Source: Gekko japonicus
Taxonomy: Eukaryota
NCBI RefSeq assembly: GCF_001447785.1
Contig: NW_015165833.1
Coordinates: forward strand, 1,927,560 to 1,991,559
Length of the DNA: 64,000 nucleotides
Direction of reading: 5' to 3'
How positions within the stretch are numbered: position 1 is the stretch's first letter; each line of letters starts with the position of its first letter. Under the pieces are notes generated by a model, which saw only the letters and a program-made list of their open reading frames with translations, was not told the origin of the DNA and searched no databases. A program made the translations under genes and the position numbers. Below are positions 1 through 11,700 of the stretch, in pieces.

Positions 1-179
1 CTTCACCCCATCTACCAATTCTTCCCTGTTGGTTAATATTAATTCCAGTATGGCTGAGCCCCTTGTTGCTTCCTCCACCATTTGAAAAAGGAAGTTGTCA
101 GCCAGACAGGTCAGGCTGTCTGGTCACTTTGTTGAGCCTGTCTCCCAGCACACAGCAGTGGGGAGAGAGGACATGAGAC

Positions 180-385
180 CAGTGTTCCCTCTAAGCTGAG
201 TCAGTGTGAGCTGGCTCACAATTTTTTAGCCTCTGGCTTATACATTTTTGTTTTTGCTCAGGAAGGATGTCTCCAGAGCAAACTAATTTATGCAGTAGCC
301 AAATGGCTTGCTCACAACTTTAATGCCAGTAGCTCACAAAGCAGAATTTTTGCTCACAAGACTCCACAGCTTAGAGGGAGCATTG
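180..385 (+). mobile_element. hAT-like MITE (~206 bp), copy 1
   Basis: TIR CAGTGTTCCCTCTAAGCTG / CAGCTTAGAGGGAGCATTG; degenerate 8-bp TSD catgagac/catggggc. Confidence 0.85.
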
Positions 386-819
386 CATGGGGCCATGGAA
401 TGTATTCCTGTTTATAAAGCATTTATGCACAGTCTCTTGAGTAACCTATACACAAATGTTGAAGGTGTGTCTGTGAGTGAATACAATCTGAGAATGGGGA
501 AGCTCCATCCCAGGTAGCTTTGTCTTACCTCATAACAGCTGTAACATGACCATATTGCAGTGCTAGTGACAGAGGCCAGGTTTATTTCAAATATATTTTC
601 CTATTATAAATATTAGTACATTCTGACTTGGATGGCTCTGGCTAGTCCAATCTCAGAAGCTAAGCAGTTAGCTTAGCTAATAACCTGGTTAGTACTTGGA
701 TGGAAGACAAGTCCAAGGTTGCTACCCAGATGCAAACCACTTGTTGGTCTCTTGTCCTGAAAACCCTGTGGGGGTTGCCATACGTCAGTTGTGACTTGAT
801 GGCACTTTACACACAACTA

Positions 820-2150
820 CTTATTTTTATTGTATTGGGCTTATATCCCGCCCTCCCCACATTGTAGGCTCAGGGCAGGTTCCAACATATAGTGTCTGCA
901 ATTTATGAAGATTTACATTTAGAATGGAGCTGCAGTGGCTCAAGTGGTTAAGACGCTGAACTGCAGGCTGTGGAAGGTCGGTAGTTCAGCAGTTCGAGAC
1001 CTGAGTGCCGCATGACGGAGTGAGCTCCCGTCTCTAGTTCCAGCTCCTGCCAACCTAGCAGTTCGAAAGCAAGAAATTGCAAGTAGATAAATAGGTACCA
1101 CTTCAGTGGGAAGGTAACAGTGTTCCGTGTGCCTTGGTGTTTAGTCATGCCGGCCACATAACCACGGAAACGTCTTCGGACAGCGCTGGCTCTTCGGCTT
1201 TGAAACGGAGATGAGCACTGCAACCCTAGTCGGATTCGACTGGCTTTCGAGCAAGGGAACCTTTACCTTTACCTTACATTTAGAATAAATTATAACACTC
1301 CATTAAAATCAATAAAATCACAGCATATTAAAACAACAATGCCTCACAGATAATATAGTAGTCTCAATTCGGCTTCTTCGATTTGTGGTCACTGGAGGGA
1401 GGCCAGATCAAATGGGTGCCCACTGCCTCGACTAAAGGCCCAACAGAAGAGCTCCAGAAAGGCCCTGGCCCTAGCTGAGGCAAGTCAGACATCCCTAGAG
1501 CCAGGGACAACCAGAACGCCATGTTTAACAGGGCTCATATGGGGAGAGGAGGTCTCGAAGATATGCAGGCCCCTGGCCATATAGAGCTTTAAAGGTAAGC
1601 ACCAACACCTTGAAACGGATCCGGTATTCAATGGTCAGCCAGTGCAGGTCACACAGCACTGGGCGGATGTGTGCTCGCATAGGCAACAACATCAGCACCC
1701 ATGCCGCTGCATTCTGCACTAGCTGCAACTTCCAGAGCAGTGTCAAGGGAAGCCCCACATAGAATTACAGTAATCTAATCTGGAAATGACCATTGCATGG
1801 GTCACCACAGCCAGATCACGGGGAAGAGGTATGGGGCCAATTACCGGATCTGCCTCAGATGAAAAAAGGCAGACTTGGCAGTGGTGGTGACCTGGGCCTC
1901 CATAGTCAGTGAGGCATCCAGGAATACCCCTAGGCACTTTGCCCTAGGTGTTGGCTCCAATGGGGCCCTGTCAAACACTGGGAGCCTAACACCCAGTCCC
2001 CCTCAATCCAGGTGCAGGACCTCCGTCTTCAATGGATTCAGTTTCAGTCTGCTCTGTTGTAACCATCCAGCCATAGCCTGTAATGCCCTGTCCAGATGTT
2101 CAGGGGCAGAGTCTGGGTGTCATCCACATATTGGTGACAACCCATCCCAT
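820..2150 (-). mobile_element. L2-clade LINE 3' fragment (decayed ORF2 C-terminus)
   Basis: Minus-strand peptides SRLDYCNS, LQLVQNAAA, HWL-x-IEYRIRFKVLVLTFKALYG; GGCGGGATATAA tail. Confidence 0.85.
926..1273 (+). mobile_element. Sauria SINE, full length, nested in an L2 3' end
   Basis: tRNA-like head, GCCAACCTAGCAGTTCGAAAGC core, (ACCTTT)n tail; 13-bp TSD TTACATTTAGAAT at 913-925 and 1274-1286. Confidence 0.92.
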
Positions 2151-2611
2151 ACCTCTGAATAATCTGGGCAAGTGGGCACATACAGATGTTAAATAAACTA
2201 TGTAGTTAACTGAAAAAGGTGCCTGAAGTCTTGACTCCCAGCATCTCCTACTTCAGATCTTAAGCACCAGTGCTATTCCATTAACTATCTACTTGGCATC
2301 CTCCTCATCTACCATCACTTGTTGCAAACAGATAAAGGTGAGATTTTTGTATTGCTTAAATTCAATATGCCATAAAAGAGCTCCCATGGGCAGTTTCACT
2401 TCACTCGTCCTTGTGTAATTTTAACCATGTCTTGCGCATATAATTTTTCTTCCCCCGCCCCTTCCCCAGTTTCCACATGTAGCCCAGGAACTGACAGCAG
2501 GCTTAGTCTCAGTAAAGAGTGTTTCACACACAGTTTGCAAGGCATTTGTAACTGCAGTTCAGTTTCTTTGGAACGGACAGTTGAGAAGCTCCAGTGACCT
2601 TGGCTCAAACC

Positions 2612-2720
2612 ATGACTGAGCCAGTGACTAGCCAACCGGCTGCCATCTCCCCTGTGACCATGTCTTCTGAAGGTAGCTGGAGCACAGGCAGATACGACTG
2701 CTGTGCAGACTGCCCCATGT
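2612..2720 (+). CDS. Cornifelin-like coding exon 1
   Basis: accATG start; ends T|gtaagt (phase 1). Confidence 0.88.
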
Positions 2721-5598
2721 GTAAGTGTGCATTTGCGGTATCTATTTTGTGCATTAGCGCTGCTGTAGACAACTTCATGTGGGAGAGGAGGAGGGAGGCT
2801 CCTAAGCACATTTTCTTCCATGTTGCCTCATTTCAGGTTAATGCACTTGCATCAACAAAGCTGAAGCATCTGTGCTGCTCACATCTGGGCTTCTTCAAAC
2901 CTGATTTGCATTCAGTGGGACTTTTGCAAGGGACTGCAGCTGTAGGAATATTTGGGAAGGGAAAAAGAGAGAGTTCATGTTTGGGGTCAGAATGCTGTCA
3001 GATTTAAGGTTAATCTTTTAAACAACTGCAAACCCTTGGGGTGAGGGAAATTGTTTACAGAAGCTGGGATCCAGAGACCTACTTAGGCAGCCCCATGGCT
3101 TGGGTGTTGACACTGGATACTTTTTCCATATTTTCTTTAAACAGTAGAGTCCTCAGCCTGTACCTGCAGCTTACAAATGACATCTAGGTTTCAAGCAGGG
3201 CCTGGCATGCAGCAATTAGAAGGGAGTAGCTTCTTGAGAAATGTAAGCCCAATGCCCCGGGGTACACAGAATTAGTTGCCTGATTCTTTGGTTTGGGGGT
3301 GACTTTTCTAGCTTCCTTCAGAGGGGTTCTCTTCCAAGACCTAGATCTGGCATTAGATCAAGATATATTTAAAATCTATGCAGATTCAAGAAGAGCTGGC
3401 GTTTATATCCTGCTTTCCTCTACCCTACGGAATCTCAAAGCAGCTTACAATCTACTTCCCTTCCTCCCCTCACAACAGGCATCTTGTGAGGTACGTGGGG
3501 TTGAGAGAGCTCTGAGAGAGCTGACTGATGCACGGTCACCCAGCTGGCTGCATATGTAATGGGTAATCAAACCCAGTTCTCCAGATTAGGGTCTATGGTT
3601 AGGAGCGCAGACTCTAATCTTGGAGAACCGGGTTTAATTCCCCACTCCTCCACATGCAACTGCTGGTGTGACCTTGGGTCAGTCATGGCTCTCTCCTTTT
3701 TTCTTTTTAAACATTTTTATTGCTTTTCTAAACTACACACCTATAGGGTTTGTGGATGGGAACAAACTAAAACTACGAGTAGCAAGAGATCATTAATACA
3801 ATTGTTTAAAGTGAGAATAATTCCTTATTGTCAAAGTAGTAATGCATGAGAGTTAATACAATTGTTATATAGAAGATTGAGCGAGTGTTCACAAACACTC
3901 GCAAGTGGGTGCACTCCATCATTGCTCTGATGTGAGCGGCCCGCAAACGTGCCAATGGGGGAGGGGTCCGAGTTGATCTTGGACTCCCGCAACCCTTTGT
4001 AGGAGGATTGCAGCCTGGACGCGAGAGGTGCCTCTCCCAAGGCTGAAGAGCAGTTCTTGAAAGAGCTCTCTCAGCCCCACCTTACCTCACAAGCAGTGTT
4101 CCCACTAGGCTGAATTAGTGTGAGCTAACTCACAGTTTTTTAGCCTCCAGCTCACACATTTTTGTTTTAGCTCAGGGAGGATGGCTCCGGAGCAAACTAA
4201 TTTATGCAGTAGCCAAATCGCTTGCCCACAGTTTTACTGCCAGTAGCTCACAAAGTAGAATTTTTGCTCACAATACTCCACAGCTTAGAGGGAGCATTGC
4301 TCACAGGGTGTGTGTTGTGGGGAGGGGAAGGGATTGTAAGCCGCTCTGAGACTCCTTCGGATAGTGAAGGGCAGGATATAAATCCAATCTCTTATCTTCT
4401 TCTTCTACACCCTACTGGTTCTCAGCTTGATGTTTTCCTCTTTCTCGTGTGCCTTCAAAGAACATTATTTGTAAAACAGCAGAAATTCCACATGTACTTC
4501 CTATAAAAAATTAAATGCACTGTGGATATGTGGACATGAATGCCTGCACATAACTTCCATCTTGCTGCCTTGACCAAGAGAAGAGCTGTCAAAGAGATGA
4601 TATTTCAACCACAGTGTAAGTTCCTTCTGGTTTTGGAAGGTTTATCTATGATTACTCCATGCAGGGATGAGTGTGCTTCCTTTTGCAGGTTGTCTGGGGT
4701 TTTTGTGCCCACAAATCCTATCCTGTTATGTGTCGCACAAATATGGAGAGAACTGTTGCCTCGGGATGGTGCCTGGTGGACCGACAGCATTACGGACTCA
4801 CATGCGGCTCTCTTATGGCATCCCGGTAATATGTTTTCAATGTTTTTGGGATTCTGCAGAATTGTGGTCTGCACTGTGATTGCAAAGGGGTAGTCATAGC
4901 AAAATAAAAAGTTCAATGGCTCCTTAAATACTAACAACATTTATTTTAATAAGAGCTTTGTAAGTCGCAACTCACTTCTTCAGATACATAAGGGAAAATC
5001 ATATAGGGAAATCTTTGGGGGGGCAAAGTTTGATCTACTATGTGATCTTTACTGTCTAAGTGGCAGAGTTACACACAATGAAAGAAACAGGAGGTTGGAT
5101 CCAGCTAGGTTTTCTGCTCAGTACCTTATTCCGTTCCCACATCCCACATGGCTTTTGTCCATAGAGGTCTTTGGATCCCCACCATAACCTTTTTGGTGGT
5201 CAGGGGATGCTCTTCTCCCTTGTTCAGCTGTGGAAAAACTTGGTTGGATCAAACTCATGGAGTTCTTTGAGAAATCGCTGCTTAATCGTTAAGCATTCAA
5301 AGTAATTTCTAATATGGACAAATTTGCTCAAGACCATGCTAAAATTGCCTTGCCCCTCTTGCAAATTAGAACCATTTCCGCTGGTTTTGCAATATCACAG
5401 ATAACTAAATTTCCTGTGAGTTACAGACTCTCTCTCTCTCTCTGAATAGGTTGTCCTTTTCAGGGGGGGAAAATTGTGTGACATTTCTTTTCCCATGTTG
5501 CAGAGAAGTTGGAAGATATACTATAGGTGAAACAGAGCAGCTCCCCAATTGCAGCCATGCTTCTGAGTGGTGGAAAACAGGCATAGAATGCTATCTAG

Positions 5599-5632
<34 letters not shown>

Positions 5633-6468
5633 ACCCTCTAGGATGGAGGTTTCCACACAACCTAGCAAGTATTATTGTCTGTTGCTTTCTGATTTTTTTT
5701 TTGTATTATGGTGCCAGCTTCCACTATTAGTGTGGAAAGGTTGGCTTACCATTCCCCTAACATTAATTTAGACAAGGCTCATATGTGTAGAAACTGTTAT
5801 TAAACAAAGAAGTATTAAGCACATCAAGGGAAAAAACCTGCTGAGGGGAAATCAGCAAAGCTTCTGCAAAGTGAAATCCTGCCTCAACAGCCTTTTGGAG
5901 TTCTTTGAGGAGGTTAACAACCATGTGAATAAAGTCGATCTCCCTGGAGCTCTTTGTGACCCACCTTGATTTTCACCATCCTGAATAATTGGTGCCATCC
6001 ACAAATGTCATCACTACAGTGCTCACCCCTGTATTCCAAATCATTTATGAACAAATTAAAGAGCACCAATTCCTGATTGAGGCATGAATGTATGGGCATA
6101 CTACATATGGCTCTGTGAGCTACTCTGGGCAGTGGAAGAGAAGAATATAAACCAGTAGTCCAGAGAGGCTCTGGCTCATGGTTTCAGAAGTAGGGGGCCT
6201 CAAAGAAGGCTGTAGCTTTGCACTGGAAACATACAAGGGGAGCCCCACAAGTACCTAGGTCCAGAATCTAAAATGATTTAATTGTACCAGTGACATATTT
6301 TTAAAAAAATAAAGGAATGGAAGCCTGAATAGAGGCTCACAATCTCTCTTCTTGATCTGAACAAAACAGGGTACCGTTTGTCAGGATGCACTGTCCATGT
6401 TCTGTTGTGGCTGGTGTGAACTATGCCGCATGGCTCGTGAAGTCCATACCCGCTCCAAGAATTCCTGA
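2612..6468 (+). CDS. Cornifelin-like / PLAC8-family Cys-rich protein, 114 aa, 3 coding exons
   Basis: Exons 2612-2720, 4689-4825, 6370-6468 join in phase via GT-AG to MTEPVTSQPAAISPVTMSSEGSWSTGRYDCCADCPMCCLGFLCPQILSCYVSHKYGENCCLGMVPGGPTALRTHMRLSYGIPGTVCQDALSMFCCGWCELCRMAREVHTRSKNS*. PVTSQP, W-x-TG-xx-DCC, GE-x-CC, PGG, RT-x-MR-xx-Y-x-I-x-G and LC-x-MARE are cornifelin/PLAC8 hallmarks. Confidence 0.92.
4094..4299 (+). mobile_element. hAT-like MITE, copy 2 (nested in a SINE)
   Basis: Same TIRs; TSD ctcacaag/ctcacagg. Confidence 0.88.
4689..4825 (+). CDS. Cornifelin-like coding exon 2
   Basis: ttttgcag|GT ... ATCCCG|gtaata; CCLGFLCPQ...YGIP. Confidence 0.9.
5602..5630. repeat. (AC)n microsatellite
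   Basis: Direct observation. Confidence 0.95.
5810..6075. mobile_element. CR1 LINE RT fragments in opposite orientations
   Basis: + strand KSCLNSLLEFFE; - strand LFNLFINDL. Confidence 0.7.
6370..6468 (+). CDS. Cornifelin-like coding exon 3
   Basis: aacag|GGTACC; GTVCQDALSMFCCGWCELCRMAREVHTRSKNS then TGA. Confidence 0.9.
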   Translation, partial: GTVCQDALSMFCCGWCELCRMAREVHTRSKNS

Positions 6469-6626
6469 AAGGAGACTAGCTGGAAACTGCACTGCACTGC
6501 CGCAAACATCAAGAAGAGCAGCTTGGACTGGTTTTTTCTCTCTTAAAAAAAGTAATATTTTTGTTTTAAACTGTGTTAATAGCTTGGGTACCAATACTGG
6601 AAGAAAGGTGAGGTATAAATGCTCTA

Positions 6627-6636
6627 AATAAATAAA
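6627..6636 (+). terminator. Candidate polyadenylation signals of the cornifelin-like gene
   Basis: Overlapping AATAAA ~160 nt after the stop codon. Confidence 0.55.
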
Positions 6637-8204
6637 CCAAAGGTACAGCAGCCATAGCATTTCATTCTCAAGGACATAAATTGCCAGTGGGTTTCTCAGG
6701 CCCTTTAGACACCACAGCTAGGCAGATCTTTGGCCGCACTTTACTGTTGAAGGACACTACCATGTCTACCCTTGCAAAGGGAGAGGACACCATTTTAGTA
6801 CTCTTAAAGTTGTTTCAGTTGTGAACATGTACAGTATATAACTCTTTTGAGAAATTGACCATTGACTGGTAAGAAAACATTTGGCATATGTCCTTGCACT
6901 TTAGTATTACCACATCCAAATCTCACATTCCTCTGCAAGTTACAAAAACAACATTTTGGTCTGAAAAGGAAACCCTGGGACTACTTCAAACCATTCTCTT
7001 TGCCTTCTCGGAGGTGAGGCAGGTGTTGCTCAGGGACATGAGGAAGTAACCATCTTCACAGTTGGTTCACTGTGCACACACAGTCGCCCGTTCGCGGGGA
7101 GGGCGGGGTATAAATATAATTAAATAAATAATAATAAATAATAGTTTTAAGTGAGTACAAAGATTGCCAACTCTGGGTTGAGAAATTTCTGGAGATTTGG
7201 AAGGTGGAGCCTAGGAGGTAGGGGTTTGGGGAGGGAGCTAAGTGAGGCATAATACCTCCCTCCAAAGCAGCCATTTTCTTCGGGGTAACTGATCTGTCAT
7301 TGGGAGATCAGTTGTAATTCCAGGAGATCTCCAGGCCTCACCTCAGAAGCTTCTGTCACAAGAAATGGTAAGGTCTTTGAAGCACCCCAAGACACTGTGG
7401 CTTCAGCAGGCTAAGCATGCTACCAATCCCTCTGAAATTTGGCTTCCATTTTGTCTTTCTCCTTTGTAAACCACTTTGACAGAGCAATAGTGACCAAAAA
7501 GATGGGACATACAAACTTTAACAGATAAAATTAAATGCATTGTGTGAGAGAGATTGTTAAACTTGCATTTTCTTATGGAGTTTAATCATTTTATTGGCTC
7601 ATGCCTGGAGAAAATCTAGGTACACTTTGAAATGTTGGATTCTGTTCTGCACCTAGTATACAACACAGGATTGAAGGGGAACAACACTACCTCCAGTGGC
7701 ATTTTTCCTCTCTCAGTCTCACTGTTAATACATTTTGTTATAACATCCATCCTTCACAAGGCATTTGGTTGGGTCCAATAACATGGACAGTGTTCTGGTT
7801 TCCAATAAATCCCATTCCAGCCAGACAAGCAAGCAAACAAGCAGGGAGGGCCAGGCCCTGAGGCAGCCTTCTTCCTTCTAACCTGGGCACTCTGGAGGAA
7901 ATGGCACCATTGTGGGGGGGGCGAATTTGAAAGGAAGTTTTTAGCAGGCAGCTGGGAGCCTTTCCTGAGGTTCAACCATGATTTTGCGTTTTGCAATGGC
8001 CAGCCTTGACGATCAGTTCCCACTCCCTTTCACTTCAGGAGGGTTGCCAACTCCGACCTGGGAAATTCCTGGATGTAAGGCTTCTGGTGTGGCAATTTGT
8101 AGAAGAGCTGCTCTTTTCTCCATGGGAACTAATTTTGGTAGGCTGGAGATCAGTTGTAACACAATGAGAACTCCTGGCCCGACCTGGAGGTTGGCAACCT
8201 AAAG

Positions 8205-8770
8205 AGGCGCCTGAGGAGACAGGAAAACGGTCGGCCCGTGAAATGCCCGCAACACGCCTGCGCACCGAATACACCCCCATCACCACCTTGGCGCTGCTGC
8301 TCTTTACCCGGAGAGGGTGGAGCGGGCGCAGCCGCAGAGGGTACCAAATCCCGCCCCGCTCTGTCACCAAGACGCCCTGCGATTGGCTCGTTCCCCGTCT
8401 CTGGTCTCCTAGCAACGGAGCTGGCGTCGCCAGAGCCTCTTGCGGAGCAATCTTGGCAGGGTGTTTTTTCCAGCCGGGCCGCGGCCTGGGACGAAGTCGG
8501 CCGTCATGTCGACGCGGACGCTGCCGCTGCTCTTCCTTAACCTCGGCGGGGAGATGCTCTATATTCTGGACCAGCGACTGCGCGCACAGAGCATCCCGGG
8601 AGAAAAGGCGCGCAAAGGTTAGTCGGCAAGGCCCCGCCCCCTTGGGGAGCGGCTGGAATGGGGAGCGGAAAAAGAGGATCGCCGCCGGTCAGGCTGACAC
8701 GTGTCGCGGAGAGCAGGGTGGTGGGATAGATTGCAAGAGTGGACGAGGCCTGCTTAACGGAACGGGCTCT
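8205..8770 (+). promoter_or_regulatory. OSCP1 CpG-island promoter with GC box, inverted CCAAT and RFX X-box
   Basis: High CpG density; CCCGCCCC ~8350; GATTGG 8381; GTCTCCTAGCAAC 8404-8416. Confidence 0.85.
8506..8617 (+). CDS. OSCP1: OSCP1 exon 1
   Basis: MSTRTLPLLFLNLGGEMLYILDQRLRAQSIPGEKARK; AAAG|gttagt. Confidence 0.95.
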
Positions 8771-11700
8771 CAGTGGTAGAAACTCTTGGCAAGCAGAAAA
8801 CCAACAGAGTAAAGACCCTCTGCTGGGCTAATTTTCTACTGAGGGGGGTGTTGTGTGCAGAGGAACATTCAGAACTGGGGTCTGCAGTGGCGTAGTTCGT
8901 TGACCCGCTCCGATGCCTTGCTGTCTCCTCTTTTTGTGGCATGTGTGGGCTAGGGGCCAAACTCGCACTCCAAACCAGTGTTCCTTCTAAGATGAGTTAG
9001 TGTGAGCTAGCTCATAGTTTTTTAGCCTCGGGCTCACACATTTTTGTCTTAACTCAGGAAGGATGGCTCCAGAGCAAACTAATTTATGCAGCAGCCAAAT
9101 CGCTCGCTCACAGCTTTAATGCCAGTAGCTCACAAAGTGCAATTTTTGCTCACAAGACCCCACAGCTTAGAGGGAGCATTGCTCCGAACCCCGTGGGAAG
9201 CTGCTTAATTCTGAAACCACAGTCGTCTCTCATGAAGTGAAGTGGTCGCATCCTGAAGTGGTGGCAATCTTGTATTGTCTATGGGCAATCGATGTCCTTA
9301 GTTTTAGTACCCCTCAGTTCTTCATGCTCTCCCATGTAAGAAGTCTGCCGAAATTTGAAAAGGCATCTTATAGAAAGGTGTTATAAATTGTAAAGTATCC
9401 AGTCCAGACTGCGTGGCCGGCTCAGGCTCCACGCGGTCAGAGACAAACCTCTTCGCTCCAAGAGACAATGGACTATGCGGATCCTAGCCCACTCCAATCA
9501 GGGGGCTAGGTTCCCAGCCGAGAGCCTATGGGACTCTCAGCCACAGTAAATAACCTATTGGGAAGTAGGGGTGTGTTTTGGGTGGCGGTTTCTCGGGGGA
9601 TATAAGCCGGCTTGCAAGCCGGCCAAAGTCGTCTTGTTCCTGTTCGAATAAAGTACGCTTTGCTGAAATCACTCTCCGTCTGCGTACTTTTCATAAATGA
9701 TGTTCTAGCTTTCTGCTTAGAGGGAAGTGTAAGAGATCTTCCCTTCATTTAGTAAAACAGCAATCTAGAACCACTTCGAAAGTTCAAATCCCTCCTCTGC
9801 AGTGACACAGGCCATTCTTCCCTCTCATCAGTCTGCCTCTGAATATATTGCTGCATGTCTAGGAATGGGGGAAGCAACGTTCATGACACGTGCTTTTTAA
9901 TTGTGGCAGAGGTTTTTTGTGCATTTATGTGGACAGCTGACTGATTCCACTTCATGCATCTGGGCAGAGTGGCTCTAACAAATCAGACATCCAGATGCTA
10001 CAAAGGTTCCCTTTTGATTTTATTTCCAAGCTAGCTAAAGGGGGAGGGAAGAACTGAGCTTCTGGTAGTCACTCCAAAGGCCTGGATTTCCCTTTGGTCC
10101 ATTGCTTTTTGAGGTCCAGCATGTCATTTAAAACTTGCTTGCTAGAAGTTTTCATTTTTGAACCAGCCAAAGGAGGTGAACCTATGGTTGATGTACAGAC
10201 ATTTTGGACTGGAGTAGCACAAAAGAACAATTCTAGCCAGAGTGGACCTTTGCCATCAAAATAACATCTAAATCTCCTTGCATGGGACTTAGGATTCTAA
10301 ATAAATTTGAAATTGTTTCCACCCTCTGTTTCCAAACTCAGCGTTAGTAACACAAACTAGAATCCTGGCTTCATTTGTGATACACCCATCCTCCCAAGAG
10401 GCACTCCACTCCTTAACCAATGCTGTATGTCTGTATATTCCACTGAACAGCATTAAATGATAGAGTCTGTGCCCCATATACACATCCTGCACCAACCACA
10501 CTGGGTACCTTGAAAATACGCTGCAGCCCCAACATGAGAGACAGAGGAGCCATAGCTGTGATCTCCTTGAAAGATTTGAGAAAGGAAGGCTGGAGTGAGG
10601 CAGGTGTGATGCAGATCAGGCGATGCCTGAGAGTACTGGCATAAGAGAAAGTGGTTTATGGACCAGGGTATGCAGCACCTCGGATTATGGGGTGGTGTGG
10701 GTCGTCAACGATATAACTCCTGTTTTTGGGGAGGAGGGGGATGGCACAGTCAAGGCACAGTCCTTGACTACTGGTGCAATTCCACACAGAATTACTACAG
10801 TCTAAGCCTGTTGAAATCCATTGTTTTAGACTAGAGTTACTACATAAGACAGCAGTCCAGCTGCAGCCCTTTCAACAGACAACTGCCTCACAACATCCAC
10901 AAATTGTGTCCATCATCAGAGTCCATTCAACTGTGGAGCAAGGAATTGCTGCCAACCCCCTAACCCCTAGACAGGTCACCAGCATTTGTCAATAATTTTT
11001 TCCCCCATGGGTATTCAGGTCACCTAAATGGGAGTGACACTGTTGTACTGGGATACAGATTCCCCATTCCTGGCTTTCTGTGTGTGCACGGACACAAATA
11101 TTCTACAAGGTACACTAATTGTGGCTTGATGTGCTTTCCATGTGGAGTTTGTAAGCTTTTCCCTGTGTTTGTTGATGTGGGTAGAACACTTAACTGCCGA
11201 TTAAGCACGTTGACATGTGCAGTTGGAGATTGTGGGAAAGGGGTGTGAAAATATCATCCACCTACCCAAAGGAGAGGAGGCTCTCCTCTGTTTACTATGG
11301 TTGTAAGGCCAACGCAGTAAGAATGTCATCCTTAATTGGCAGAAGCCTCACAGGGATTGGGACTCTCAGACCAACAATTATTTTCACCACTTAGAGAATC
11401 ACGCTTCACACAAAGGTTTGAAATGTCTCCATTCCCAAAAACAATACACAGATGTAGCATTCTATGCCAGTAGTTCCAGTTTGTCGCTGTATTACTAAGA
11501 CCCTCTCATTCTTTAGTTGCTGGCTCTGATTTGGAGCCATTTCAGACCACTCCAAAAGCAGCTTTTACTAATCTTACTAAAAGTGTTGTGTAGCAGCTAG
11601 AATGTTGGACTAGGATCTGAGAGACCCAGGTTCAAATCCCAGAAGCTTGCTGGATGACCTTGGGCCAGTCACATACTCTCAGCTGAACCTACCTCACAGG

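Noticed and set aside
926-1000. tRNA genes at SINE heads (also 20026, 29286)
   Set aside because: A/B boxes present but no cloverleaf; followed by SINE body and tail.
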